Virus record (IMG/VR): IMGVR_UViG_3300045988_131726
Source of the DNA: a virus
DNA: 64,000 nt
Strand: one strand, 5' to 3'
In this document: positions 1-10,412 of the stretch, piece after piece
Layout: the number at the start of each line of letters is the position of its first letter
Numbering within the stretch: position 1 is the first letter of the stretch
Program-made: the position numbers and the translations under genes
Notes under the pieces: generated by a model
What the model was told of the DNA's origin: nothing
The model's database searches: none
The model's input: the letters and a program-made list of their open reading frames with translations, nothing else

Positions 1-1
1 T

Positions 2-562
2 ACTCCTGATGAGGAATCACCATCCTTAGAAAACAATTGGCCTAAGGATGAGAAGAACAGATACATCATTGATGCTATGAACGAAGATCCTCATCTCCAT
101 AAGGTTCTCTCTCGTTCTAAACTTGCTGAGTTGGACTACTTCGCAGCAATCCAAGAAGGTAACAGACCTGAGGTTGCAAGAGACTATCTCACTCTGTTCA
201 CTAAGACTGAGCAGGTTATGACTGGATTTGCTAAAGATTGGTCAGATCTTATTAAGAAAAGATTTGTTCCTAGAGCACAAAATGAAGCCCGCTTCCTAGC
301 AGATAAAATTAAGAAAGCTTTAGCTTCTGAGATAAAGCCAAAAAAATCTAGTAGCAAGGATTCAGACATATATACATTAGATGACCTAAGAGAAATACAT
401 AACCTAATATGGAATCCAGATCCAGTTGCTGCAGATGAGCCTCATGTTATAATTAATCGCGCTATGGCTGGCATAGCACAAGACTTAGGAGATCATATTG
501 CAGAAGCGGAAGGACCTAGAGTTGTACTCAATCGAGATATGATAAATGAAGTGCTAGGATAA
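2..562 (+). CDS. hypothetical protein, N-terminally truncated by the window edge
   Basis: The frame of the listed 77..562 ORF stays open back to nt 2 (TPDEESPSLENNWPKDEKNRYIIDA precedes the first Met). The gene probably starts left of the window. No recognisable motifs. Confidence 0.5.
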   Translation, partial: TPDEESPSLENNWPKDEKNRYIIDAMNEDPHLHKVLSRSKLAELDYFAAIQEGNRPEVARDYLTLFTKTEQVMTGFAKDWSDLIKKRFVPRAQNEARFLADKIKKALASEIKPKKSSSKDSDIYTLDDLREIHNLIWNPDPVAADEPHVIINRAMAGIAQDLGDHIAEAEGPRVVLNRDMINEVLG

Positions 563-563
563 T

Positions 564-1595
564 ATGCTCTTTGAAACTCAGCCCCCACTATTAGGCTTAC
601 ATGATGTATGCTTAATACCAGCCCCAGTTACAAGAGTTGCTAGTAGGACAGAGTGTGATCCTTACTATTCAAAAGGACGACTACCTCTTGCTGCTGCTCC
701 TATGGATTGTGTTATAAATGAAACTAACTGGGAAACTTTTGCTAAAGCAGGAGTATTAACAGTTATTCCACGCACAGTTTCTCTCAAGACTCGAAAGCAT
801 CTTATGACGAGTACATTTGTTGGAATGTCTCTGAATGAGTTCATGCAGATCTTCTGTACCCTAAATAAATCTAATGATTTAGCAAAAGTCTTGGAAGAGA
901 ATGACCTACAAGCAAAAGTCTGTGTAGACATAGCTAATGGTCATATGCAATCTCTCATTGACCTTTGCACTATAGCAAAAGAAATATTTGGGAATAGACT
1001 GATTCTTATGACAGGTAATATAGCTAATCCTATGACATATATATTATATGCTAAGGCAGGAATAGACTATGTACGTGTTGGAATTGGTTCAGGATCTCGA
1101 TGTACAACATCTGCTAATGTTGGAGTACACTTCCCTATGGCATCGTTGTTAGATAACATCCGAAGAGTACAAATAGCTACAGATTTGCCTACTTACCCAA
1201 AGATAATCGCAGATGGAGGTTTTTCTAACTATGATGATATCATTAAAGCTATAGCTCTGGGAGCTGACTTTGTGATGTGTGGTAAATTCTTTGCTGAATG
1301 TGAAGAAGCTTGTGGCAAAGTTACTGTTCTACCAGACGGAAGTCGAGAACGAGAGTATTATGGGATGTCTACGAAGGTTGCTCAGAAAAAGATGGGTAAG
1401 AGCTCTCTAAGGACCTCTGAAGGTATAAGTAAGACTGTAAAGATTACTCATACCCTTAGCCAAAAGATTGAGAATTTTAAGGATTACTTGACTACTGCAA
1501 TGAGTTATTGTGATTCATTTAATCTTATAGAATTCCAATCTAAGGCTATGGTTTACAAACTCTCTGCTGAGGCCAGGCAAGCTTATTTTAAGTAG
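564..1595 (+). CDS. guaC: GMP reductase-like enzyme (IMPDH/GMPR TIM-barrel family, no CBS insert)
   Basis: 343 aa, the size of GuaC. Family motifs are readable: CVDIANGH, catalytic Cys loop GIGSGSRCTT, IADGG, GADFVMCG, YYGMS and SEGISKTV. Start is coupled to the upstream stop (562/564). Confidence 0.8.
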   Translation: MLFETQPPLLGLHDVCLIPAPVTRVASRTECDPYYSKGRLPLAAAPMDCVINETNWETFAKAGVLTVIPRTVSLKTRKHLMTSTFVGMSLNEFMQIFCTLNKSNDLAKVLEENDLQAKVCVDIANGHMQSLIDLCTIAKEIFGNRLILMTGNIANPMTYILYAKAGIDYVRVGIGSGSRCTTSANVGVHFPMASLLDNIRRVQIATDLPTYPKIIADGGFSNYDDIIKAIALGADFVMCGKFFAECEEACGKVTVLPDGSREREYYGMSTKVAQKKMGKSSLRTSEGISKTVKITHTLSQKIENFKDYLTTAMSYCDSFNLIEFQSKAMVYKLSAEARQAYFK

Positions 1596-1596
1596 T

Positions 1597-1905
1597 ATGA
1601 AGACAATTTCTTATGAAGAATTCGTTGAGAATTATAGACCTATAAAGAACCAATTTAACCCAGCTGCTGAGTATAATGGTACTTTGTATAGTCCAATAGA
1701 ATTTTCACGAATAGCCTCTGCTGCTTTGCCTAACAGAATACTGTGGACATTAATGAAAGTCAGTTATTTTAACGAAGAAACTTGTGAATGTACTACAGAG
1801 AAATATGTTTACCAAGGATTACAGGAGTCTGGAGATGTCTTAGGATATTTCGTTACTGAAGAACCCTATGAATATGGTAAACCTTTTAATGTTAAGGTAG
1901 AGTAA
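1597..1905 (+). CDS. hypothetical protein
   Basis: 102-aa ORF starting 1 nt after the guaC-like stop. Last plus-strand gene before the strand switch. Confidence 0.5.
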   Translation: MKTISYEEFVENYRPIKNQFNPAAEYNGTLYSPIEFSRIASAALPNRILWTLMKVSYFNEETCECTTEKYVYQGLQESGDVLGYFVTEEPYEYGKPFNVKVE

Positions 1906-1912
1906 TAAAAAT

Positions 1913-1949
1913 CCCCGATAGGTTATACGCCTACCGGGGAATTTTTTTT
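1913..1949. terminator. bidirectional intrinsic terminator between convergent genes
   Basis: Stem ccccgatagg (1913..1922) / cctaccgggg (1930..1939), 9 of 10 bp, 7-nt loop. An A-run lies on the left and T8 on the right (1942..1949). It sits between the stop of 1597..1905 (+) and the stop of 1965..7112 (-). Confidence 0.75.
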
Positions 1950-1964
1950 AGACTTCAGGGAAAA

Positions 1965-4900
1965 TTATCTTTGATTAAAGGTAAATGTATCATAAATATC
2001 AAAGAAGTCCTGAGCTGCATTAAGTCCTGGAGTTAGTCTCGATAAGTAATAAAAAGGTTGAGTTCTATCATTCTTATCTTCCTCCCACCATATTAATCCT
2101 TTGTAATCCTTTCCCATTACTAAGTCCCTAGTTTCATCAACAGTATTTCTAAAGAATCCCATTAAATTAGTTACGTAAGACATGACTGCCATAGGAGAGG
2201 AAATAATATCTGTAGCACTACTAATATCTACAAAGAACGATGCTTCAAGATATGCTCCATAGAGAGCTCTATATAAATTCTGTGTAGCAATATTCGTAGC
2301 CCATCCTGAAAAATCATCATCAGGCTCGTCAGGTACCATAGCTTTTGCTAGCATAGCCATTAGGAATAATCCTATAATAGATTGCAGTTCATAACCTAAT
2401 GCTTTTAACTGAGTTAACCTTAATTGGCAGAAATCTTCAAATGTGAAATCTTGTTTAGACTCATTTGGATGCTGATTAAAATATTCCTCATACTGCTTTC
2501 TAGCAGCTACTTCATTCTGTCCAATATTCTCGCCTGCTAAGTATCCTAAGATAGGCATAGACCTTAAGAGCATTCTACCAAATGCCTTAGATATTTCTAT
2601 ACCTCCTGTAGCAAACTCTCCCATCCCGACTCTAAACCTACCAACATCATATTCATCTATGATAGTATCCTTTTGAAGACCTTTAAATCTAGTTCTTAAT
2701 AATCCAGGAAGCCAGTTACGATACTGCATAATTAATGTACCTGCAATAGTAGTATTGGCAAGATACCTATCCTCTGCAGGCATAACACCTTTCACAGATG
2801 TGGCAGCACTTTGAGCGATAGTTCTAAATCTAATAATATCTTCTCTAGAAAGCTTATCAATAGTCATCTTACCATTCTCATCTACATGTAGTAAATCTGC
2901 AATAGGAATAGCCTTAGGATTTCTTCTTAAGCTGACTAACTTCTTCTTATTCTCATCATAACCCCAAGCATAGAGCATAGATGTTAATACCTTACGATCA
3001 ATATTAGAGTCTGTAGCTTCTAGTAGATAGAAAGCATTTTCTACATTAAATATTCTATTAGTCTTATTTGCAGAAAGTTCAAGAGCTCTTTTCTTCCAGA
3101 CATCTTCATTACCTATATGAAAGAATGATATTGCTCCATAATATTTAGTAGGATCCTGTTTCTTAAGTTCATTAGACTTCCTAGTAGACTCTTTAGTATA
3201 ATACTTACCTTCTATCTCAACCATTTTGAAGTTAAGCATTGTCTGAGCAAAATTTCGAAATCCCAAGATAGGTTTAAATCCTAATGTACTTAAAGAAGAC
3301 CATTGAACTACCTTTTTAGCTAACTTACCCCAACTATAAGTTTTACCCATGAAGGTGAAAGGTTTACCGGTCTCTTGAATAGACTTACCATATACATAGA
3401 GATCTATGAATTTCTCTAATACTGAGACATCATCTATGGATAAGCCTAGAGCTGTGCTTACCTTACCTACCCATTTATCCATATTAGGAATATTATCCTC
3501 AACAAAGACCTTAGCTTCATTGGTTTTAGCATGATAAAGCAGTAGCTGTGCATTAGCTTCAATTTCCTTCATGTGCTTATATGTATACACAGATTGGGCC
3601 ATAAGAAGTAACACTCTTGAGAGATCGTATGATTTATGTCTCAGACCTTTTTCCTCAGCTATCTTACGAAGTTCATTGTATCTTGCTGCTCGCCATTCCT
3701 CAGTATCCCTAGAAAGATTAGGATTAATAGCAGCTTCTGCTCTTGCAATATCTGCAGAAGTTAAGTTATCTTTAAGGGGATCTATAAAGAATAATGGTAC
3801 ATGTTTAATAGGATTACCAGCATAATCTAAGCCAGATGTTTCTTCCTTACTCTTATAAACTACATCTGATTCATCTCGGGTTTCTAAAGCTCCTAGAGTT
3901 ATAGACCTAAGATCTGACAAAGCTCCAATACCATTCTTAAAGATGGAGTCCATAAGATCATTTCTTACATTAGCAATAAACTTCTGACTAATCTTACGAC
4001 CTGTGATATTCTCAAATTCTACATTAAAGTTCACATACATATTATAGTAGTCTACCAGAGGTTTAATATCCTTAATCTTGTTGAATTCCTCACTATAATA
4101 ATTAGGATTCTCCACTCGGTATTTATCTCTGATAAACATATTATATTTATGAAAGACTGCTTTCTTATTATAACTTAAGTCATTAGCTTTACGCCATGCT
4201 AAGTATCTTCTCTCCTCACGTTCTTCTGCAGAGGTTCCTTTAGCATTCTCTATACGAGTTAGCCATTCAGCTTTAGCCTTATTAAAATCCTCTAATGCTT
4301 TACCTGTATACCTATAGCCACCCTTAGGATCACGCTCAATTTGATAGTTATTCAAAAAGAATGTTATTGAACGACTGCTATATGTCTGAGCTTTCTCTAA
4401 GTCTTTATAAAACTTACTAGAATACTTATTAATAAGTTTACCTGTTGAGGTATCTACGATCATATTAAAAGCATCCTGTAGAGTTTTATTATTAGCCTTT
4501 GCCCATTCTTGAAGAGCTTCTGTGTGAACTTTAATCTTCTCATGAGCTTTCTCAAGTTGTTCGTAGATATTTGCTTGTGCACCTTTCAAAAGTTTAGAGA
4601 ATGCTCTAAATATAGGATGTGCTATTTCACTTACTTTACTAAACCAACCTGCCCACCAGCCTACATGACTACCAGGCTGGGTAATATCTTCTCCTGTAGT
4701 AGCTAACAGCATATCTACAGGCTTCTGACTAAGGAGATTTCTAATAAATAATACCTCTCTCAAGGCTTTACCTAGCTGCATTCGGACATTAAGATCATCT
4801 TCCAAATTAATTAAATCTACTGACCCTTGAAAGAAATCTAGATATACATCAGATCTTTGCTTAAGCTCAAGTATCTCATTAGCTGTGAGAGATCCAGGTT

Positions 4901-7112
4901 GTCCAAAGGGGATAGTTAATCTCCTTTGAAGAGATCTCGACATATCCTCAATTTCTTTAAATAGATAAGTATAATCTTGTTTGATAAGAATATTTTGGAT
5001 AAGATCTTGAGTTCTGTGCCATGCATCTCTATCAAGCTGGGACTTAGTTCGTAGATATTTACTACGTTGAGCATTACTAGTTTGATACAATTTTTCTAAC
5101 TGCTTAGCTAACTTAGGGTTTAAATCTACTTCTTCACTAAGAGATACTGGATTCAAAGCATGTATTTCTAAAGACCAAGGTTCAATTCTACCGAATCCAA
5201 AGATAGATGGTTTACCCGTCTCCTCATCTTTAGCAAACTGTACATTAATAGGAAGTACTCTTGTAGCTCCAAAATGTACATTAACCCTTCTGCCCTCAGC
5301 CTCGGCTTTTTTCCTAATACCATTAGTGAAAACATTTTTATACTGAGTAATTTGAGTATTCCAACCTTCTTTAGCTATATCAGAAATCTCACTAATGATT
5401 TCGTCTCCTTCCATAGTAAACTCGTGAGTTTTGTAATCATAGATATCAATAACTCCATTAGAGTATATTGCTACTAAATCACAAGTTCCTGCAAGATCTC
5501 TAGTTTCATCATATATAGTTTGCTCAGTAAAGATTTTAACACTACCTTTAGTACCAGTTTGAGTATCAATATAAGCCTGGCGTGACAGTATTTCTCGATA
5601 AGAGTTACTTACAGCCTCCTTAAGATTATTAAATTGTCTATCAGAAACTCTTGCGATTTCACGAATGCCATTATTAGACTTTTCTGCTAATTCAGGTAAA
5701 GCTCTTAATTTATCTACTACTTGCTGTACAATGGCCTCTTTAGTAGAATTTCTGCCCTCTATATGATCTTTCATCAGAGCCTCTAAGTAAGCGTGAACAG
5801 TAATACCTTTAACGGTACGAACTCGTGCTTTAGGGTCTGTATCCTCATTCTCACTATCTGATGTTACCCTAAACCTTCTCTTCATACCTCTAGCTACAAT
5901 ATCAGAAACTCTTCGACTAACGGGAGTACCATCTGCTTTGATATAAGCTCCTTGTCTTACATCATAATGTACTGTAAGGTTCTTAAGAAAATCCTCAGCA
6001 TCTAGTTGAGTAGAGATCATCTCTTGAGTTAATTCATAGTAATAATCTCCATTCTTAATATCTGCTTCAAGGTTATCTAGTCCAACAACTTGCTTACGTA
6101 ACATCATCTGTGCTACTTCTGTAAAAGGTTGCATATCTGCATTCATTCCTTCTACAGTTATATTAGCAACTTCTGCCCTACGCTTAAAATAAGACTTTAT
6201 TAAGTTAAATAACTTTTTAATAGCAGATACTATCCCAGTAGATTCAGGAACATATTGATTGGAATTAGCTTCATATAAACGTACAACTTCTTGAGCAATA
6301 AGTTTACCAGCAGCCTCTTCTGCCATCCTTACTTCATCACCCTTATATACTTCAGCATATTCTTGCTTAACTCTCTCATAAGTAGAACTCTCTCTAGCAA
6401 CTTTTAACAATCTTTGATAAAGGGGATTATCTTTACCGAGCATCCTTACCATGATATGAGCACACTCTTCACTAAGAGTAGTAGCATCTGCTTTATCCAA
6501 AGCTACAGTAATAATTTTCCTTACCATATCAACCTGAGCTATAGCAGATACAGGATTACCATCTTTATCAGTAATATCTCCCAAAGTCTTAATTTGGAAG
6601 CCTATTCTGCCAGCCCAATCTTTTAAAAGCCCGTCAAGGCCCTTTATAGGCGATTTGGCGGACTCTCTTGAAATCTGGTACATCTCCTCAGGTTTAACAT
6701 CATAAGCGCTTAAATCAGGCTTATATTGCTCAGGAAGGACATATCTTTCTACGTATACCTCAGAATACTCTTTACCCATAGGAGAGCTTGCAGATTTAAC
6801 AACTTTAGCTCTATAAGCTCCATAGTTAGCATTAATTTGAACAGCTTTATTAATTGCTGCTTCATACTGTGCTTTACTATTAGTATATACAACAGGTCGT
6901 CCTTTACTATCTACAACACCAAGAGCCATCTTTTCTGTAGCAGAAATAGGTTCATAAGTTATACGAAGAGATTTAATAGTCTCTAAAGCTTGGCGAAGAG
7001 TAGGGATATTATCCCCACTCTTTACATACAATGCCCAAGCAATGTCTGCACCAAACCTGTTGACTAAATCCTTCCAAGCCTGAGAGCTTGTATTAGGACA
7101 TACATTAGCCAT
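1965..7112 (-). CDS. large (1715 aa) multidomain virion/ejection-type protein
   Basis: Uninterrupted 1715-aa ORF directly downstream of the RNA polymerase gene. It has a PD-(D/E)XK-like signature CDLVAIYSNGVIDIYDYKT and hydrophobic segments near the C-terminus (IIGLFLMAMLAKAMV). Function is inferred from size and position only. Confidence 0.55.
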   Translation of the reverse strand: MANVCPNTSSQAWKDLVNRFGADIAWALYVKSGDNIPTLRQALETIKSLRITYEPISATEKMALGVVDSKGRPVVYTNSKAQYEAAINKAVQINANYGAYRAKVVKSASSPMGKEYSEVYVERYVLPEQYKPDLSAYDVKPEEMYQISRESAKSPIKGLDGLLKDWAGRIGFQIKTLGDITDKDGNPVSAIAQVDMVRKIITVALDKADATTLSEECAHIMVRMLGKDNPLYQRLLKVARESSTYERVKQEYAEVYKGDEVRMAEEAAGKLIAQEVVRLYEANSNQYVPESTGIVSAIKKLFNLIKSYFKRRAEVANITVEGMNADMQPFTEVAQMMLRKQVVGLDNLEADIKNGDYYYELTQEMISTQLDAEDFLKNLTVHYDVRQGAYIKADGTPVSRRVSDIVARGMKRRFRVTSDSENEDTDPKARVRTVKGITVHAYLEALMKDHIEGRNSTKEAIVQQVVDKLRALPELAEKSNNGIREIARVSDRQFNNLKEAVSNSYREILSRQAYIDTQTGTKGSVKIFTEQTIYDETRDLAGTCDLVAIYSNGVIDIYDYKTHEFTMEGDEIISEISDIAKEGWNTQITQYKNVFTNGIRKKAEAEGRRVNVHFGATRVLPINVQFAKDEETGKPSIFGFGRIEPWSLEIHALNPVSLSEEVDLNPKLAKQLEKLYQTSNAQRSKYLRTKSQLDRDAWHRTQDLIQNILIKQDYTYLFKEIEDMSRSLQRRLTIPFGQPGSLTANEILELKQRSDVYLDFFQGSVDLINLEDDLNVRMQLGKALREVLFIRNLLSQKPVDMLLATTGEDITQPGSHVGWWAGWFSKVSEIAHPIFRAFSKLLKGAQANIYEQLEKAHEKIKVHTEALQEWAKANNKTLQDAFNMIVDTSTGKLINKYSSKFYKDLEKAQTYSSRSITFFLNNYQIERDPKGGYRYTGKALEDFNKAKAEWLTRIENAKGTSAEEREERRYLAWRKANDLSYNKKAVFHKYNMFIRDKYRVENPNYYSEEFNKIKDIKPLVDYYNMYVNFNVEFENITGRKISQKFIANVRNDLMDSIFKNGIGALSDLRSITLGALETRDESDVVYKSKEETSGLDYAGNPIKHVPLFFIDPLKDNLTSADIARAEAAINPNLSRDTEEWRAARYNELRKIAEEKGLRHKSYDLSRVLLLMAQSVYTYKHMKEIEANAQLLLYHAKTNEAKVFVEDNIPNMDKWVGKVSTALGLSIDDVSVLEKFIDLYVYGKSIQETGKPFTFMGKTYSWGKLAKKVVQWSSLSTLGFKPILGFRNFAQTMLNFKMVEIEGKYYTKESTRKSNELKKQDPTKYYGAISFFHIGNEDVWKKRALELSANKTNRIFNVENAFYLLEATDSNIDRKVLTSMLYAWGYDENKKKLVSLRRNPKAIPIADLLHVDENGKMTIDKLSREDIIRFRTIAQSAATSVKGVMPAEDRYLANTTIAGTLIMQYRNWLPGLLRTRFKGLQKDTIIDEYDVGRFRVGMGEFATGGIEISKAFGRMLLRSMPILGYLAGENIGQNEVAARKQYEEYFNQHPNESKQDFTFEDFCQLRLTQLKALGYELQSIIGLFLMAMLAKAMVPDEPDDDFSGWATNIATQNLYRALYGAYLEASFFVDISSATDIISSPMAVMSYVTNLMGFFRNTVDETRDLVMGKDYKGLIWWEEDKNDRTQPFYYLSRLTPGLNAAQDFFDIYDTFTFNQR

Positions 7113-7114
7113 AA

Positions 7115-9499
7115 TTATTCACACAATTTTTTACGTTCTTCTCCCGACTGAATAAATTCAGCACCTTCGTTAGTTTCAACTTTATTAGGCTCCTCTCCAT
7201 AAAAATCTTCTGGAGCAGAATTAGCCATCTCCTCCTCTATCTGAGCTTCTCTTATTATCTCAACTTCTTCCCAAGTATAAGGCTTATTAGGGCGAGATCT
7301 CTCTATATCAGAACTATCAAGATTAACTTCTCTAATCTTTCTAATCTCATTAATAAGCTTAACTAAGGGACTATCAGCTTCAAAATTATAAATCTGACGT
7401 TGGTGATTTTTAGCTACAGATTGAGAATCCAAGGGGAAGTTAACTCTTGAACCTTCAATATCTTGCTTCTTCTCGTTGTAATATCTTACAATAGGATAGA
7501 TCTTCTTAGTCTTATTACCATCTTCATCTGTAGCATATCTCTTCCCAAGAGGAAACTCAAGGGCCATTCTTAGATTAAACGGTAAGATACTATCATCATT
7601 GTAATTTGATAATTGCCAAGCATACAAGAAAGCTTCTCTCATAACACCATAACCTCTCTCTTGATAAGAATCTAGCATAGGTTTAATATAATCCCTATAC
7701 ATAGAGGCAGGAATAATGTCAATATAATTGAGAGGAGACATCTGAAGTCCTGATTGTAACAAGCAGAACTTCATTAAATCCATCGCAAATTCCTTATCTT
7801 GTAAATAAAGTTGTTCCCAAGCATAAGTTACAGCATTAGAAGCTAAAGGATCTTTATCTACGTAAGGTTTAATATTATGGATATCTTCTCTTACAGTATC
7901 TAAGATCGGTACTAATGCCTGGAACAAAGGATTATCTTTATATGCAGGCTCAGAACGAAGTCTAGCTAACTTCATAGGGACACTGTTATCACCTACCATA
8001 AGTCTCTTTCTCTCAGAAATTAAGGTCGTACCATTAGCATCTGGAGTATTGAGAATAATAGCTGTTAAAAAGTCATTCTTAAATTTATTAAGACTACTTA
8101 CAGCTTTATAATCAGGAGTAGGAGATGCTGTGTATCTACTGATCACGTCATCAAATAAACCATCTTGTCCATTAGTGAACTGCTCATCTCTAAGTAAGAG
8201 GAAGAGAGGTTTAAAGAAGTCTTTATATTCAGCAACAGCATTCTTATAACCTGCTATATAACCCTCATCGACTAGCTTCTCATAGTTAACTATATTCTCA
8301 CCTGCTGTAAGGCTTTTATGTAACTTCATGAGTAGTTCAGAGAGATTCTTACCACCATCTTTAGTATCATAGGTAGTACCTTGCATAGCATCTGCAACGT
8401 TACGCCCCCATTCAACATACCGAATAAAATCATCAAGAATCTGATTCTGATAAGTTAAATTCTGAGTAGTAATATAACTCTCAAGCTCATCAGCGGTGAA
8501 AACCTTAGCAGGAGCAGCTTCATCGATAGGAGGATATTTCATAGACAGATATGCTCGAATCTCATTCTTACTATATCGAGCCATAGCTGTGCCAGCCTTA
8601 ACCCTAGCTGATTTAGGAGAAACATAATTCTCCTGAGCAATCTGTGATTCATATTGTTGCTGTAGCTTTAAGTATTCACGAATGATAGGCTGGTTCATGA
8701 AGAGTGCTAGAGTATCAGGATGAACTCCTGCCATAGTAAGCATTGTAAGCGTTCCTAATGTTGCAGGAGTAGCTCCTAAATTCACTCCAAAAGGTGATTT
8801 AGCAGCATCCACAGCAGCACTAATCCACTGATTTAACAGCTCAGAAATAGGAATTTTCTTAGCACCAGCAGTAAACTTTCGTCCAAGCTGAACAACACCA
8901 TTTTCCTCATTGTGCTCAAAATTAACCTGAACTTTTTCTGCAGGTATCCCTAAGTCATACATGGAGGCAAATACATAGAATTTACCTGCATTAGCTGCAA
9001 TACCTACCTCTTTCTTACCAGCCATATAATTCTCAGCAACCTGTAGAACATATGTAGGATCTAGAATACTAGGAAGAGCCGCTTTAGATTTATAATACTC
9101 AGCCTCCATCTCATAAGTATCTCCAAAGACAGCTTTCATAGCTCTCTTGGCAGAAGCTTCCAAGATGTTGGTCTGAATAGGTGCTATAAAGTTAGAAGCA
9201 TTCTCAGCTATATGAGCAAGCTCTTTTTGAATCTGAGTAATACGATTCTCAATAGCTTTCTTGTGAAACTCTTCTTTAGATACCTTAGGAGTCTGCTCAG
9301 TATCTGCAAGCTCTTGTAGTAATTCACTGTTACCAAAGAATCCACTTAGAGCTTCAAGGATATCCTCTTTCTTCTCATCCTTAAAAGAGTTAACTAGTTC
9401 CTCATACTGTTCTTCCCAATGAGAATAATCTATGTACTTAAGCCGTCCCTTAACCTTATAATAATTAGGTACATATAAGTACATTTTATCAATATCATA
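7115..9499 (-). CDS. giant RNA polymerase, exon 2 (794 codons plus stop)
   Basis: The track ORF 7115..9502 starts at TTG, not ATG, and has no independent start context. After the predicted 3' splice site (omega-G at 9500) it reads YDIDKMYLYVP. This completes the universal RNAP metal-binding motif begun in exon 1. Confidence 0.8.
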   Translation of the reverse strand, partial: YDIDKMYLYVPNYYKVKGRLKYIDYSHWEEQYEELVNSFKDEKKEDILEALSGFFGNSELLQELADTEQTPKVSKEEFHKKAIENRITQIQKELAHIAENASNFIAPIQTNILEASAKRAMKAVFGDTYEMEAEYYKSKAALPSILDPTYVLQVAENYMAGKKEVGIAANAGKFYVFASMYDLGIPAEKVQVNFEHNEENGVVQLGRKFTAGAKKIPISELLNQWISAAVDAAKSPFGVNLGATPATLGTLTMLTMAGVHPDTLALFMNQPIIREYLKLQQQYESQIAQENYVSPKSARVKAGTAMARYSKNEIRAYLSMKYPPIDEAAPAKVFTADELESYITTQNLTYQNQILDDFIRYVEWGRNVADAMQGTTYDTKDGGKNLSELLMKLHKSLTAGENIVNYEKLVDEGYIAGYKNAVAEYKDFFKPLFLLLRDEQFTNGQDGLFDDVISRYTASPTPDYKAVSSLNKFKNDFLTAIILNTPDANGTTLISERKRLMVGDNSVPMKLARLRSEPAYKDNPLFQALVPILDTVREDIHNIKPYVDKDPLASNAVTYAWEQLYLQDKEFAMDLMKFCLLQSGLQMSPLNYIDIIPASMYRDYIKPMLDSYQERGYGVMREAFLYAWQLSNYNDDSILPFNLRMALEFPLGKRYATDEDGNKTKKIYPIVRYYNEKKQDIEGSRVNFPLDSQSVAKNHQRQIYNFEADSPLVKLINEIRKIREVNLDSSDIERSRPNKPYTWEEVEIIREAQIEEEMANSAPEDFYGEEPNKVETNEGAEFIQSGEERKKLCE

Positions 9500-10412
9500 C
9501 AATAATCTCTTATACTTTCATATAAGTTTAGACTATATCTTCACTACTAATAGTAGTGTTCTGCATTTCAGGCTCTAAAGCCCTACCCAAAGATTCTTTA
9601 TCATATAATGATCTAGATCTTTGACTTAAGTCGTATGTAATTTTATGTATCATACATGGAACTTCTGATACAAATGGTTTGACAATTTCAAGAAATTTAA
9701 TACCTTCTTTAGTACCACAGCATAAAGAATAAGTACCTCTACCTTCTGATATAGGATAGAAAGAAATATTCCATTCTTCCTTAAAGAAATTTATTACATT
9801 CTGAATGGTTTCTTTATCCTCACATAGGGATATTCTTATATAGAATCCATGGCATTTACCTTTAGTAATTCGATAATTGATACATCCATCATCCATATAC
9901 CAGATAGCAATACCTCTTGCATCTAACCTATTTAGAAGACGTCTATTACCAAGATACTTCTTAGGCTTATAAAATATCCTCCTAAGCAATTTAATGAAAG
10001 TTGTTATTCCTAATTGAGTATATAAAACTTTTTGACCAGTATTATATCCGCATGTACTAACATATTCATGTATTCCATTATTACGAATACCCGCATTATT
10101 AAGTTGCTTAACTTTCCACTCTAAATAATCTCTCTGTGCCTCAGAATGAGATAATTTAAATACATTATTATTACTAATAGTTCCATCTCCTAGTAATAAT
10201 GCAATTAATAAATTTCTTGAATCTTTATTTAACTTAGTTTTCATACGCTTTGTTATCCATTAAGGAAACGTTATTTAAGTATTAGTCGTTGAGCCTTCCC
10301 CATATGGGGCTTGGCTGCGGATTGCCCAATTCTAAACATTGTTACACTTCGGTAGTTTAGACTCTAAGGGGGTCCCCGCAATTAACAGAATTTTACTCGA
10401 ACCATGATATTA
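9500..10412 (-). mobile_element. group I self-splicing intron (913 nt) carrying a LAGLIDADG homing endonuclease ORF
   Basis: P1: exon ctcggaU (10419..10413) pairs with gttcgag (10402..10396), with a terminal U.G wobble. P10: exon-2 tatgatatt (9499..9491) pairs with aatatcatg (10411..10403), 9 bp. P7-like pair acgacta (approx 10283..10289) / tagtc (within 9530..9545). A P9 hairpin cttata-tgaaag-tataag follows, and the intron ends in G at 9500. Confidence 0.8.
9528..10244 (-). CDS. LAGLIDADG homing endonuclease (double-motif, intron-encoded)
   Basis: 238 aa with two LAGLIDADG-type motifs (LLIALLLGDGTI and IAIWYMDDGC). It lies entirely inside the intron. Its last codons (EDIV-stop) are the P7 3' strand of the ribozyme core. 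Confidence 0.85.
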   Translation of the reverse strand: MKTKLNKDSRNLLIALLLGDGTISNNNVFKLSHSEAQRDYLEWKVKQLNNAGIRNNGIHEYVSTCGYNTGQKVLYTQLGITTFIKLLRRIFYKPKKYLGNRRLLNRLDARGIAIWYMDDGCINYRITKGKCHGFYIRISLCEDKETIQNVINFFKEEWNISFYPISEGRGTYSLCCGTKEGIKFLEIVKPFVSEVPCMIHKITYDLSQRSRSLYDKESLGRALEPEMQNTTISSEDIV

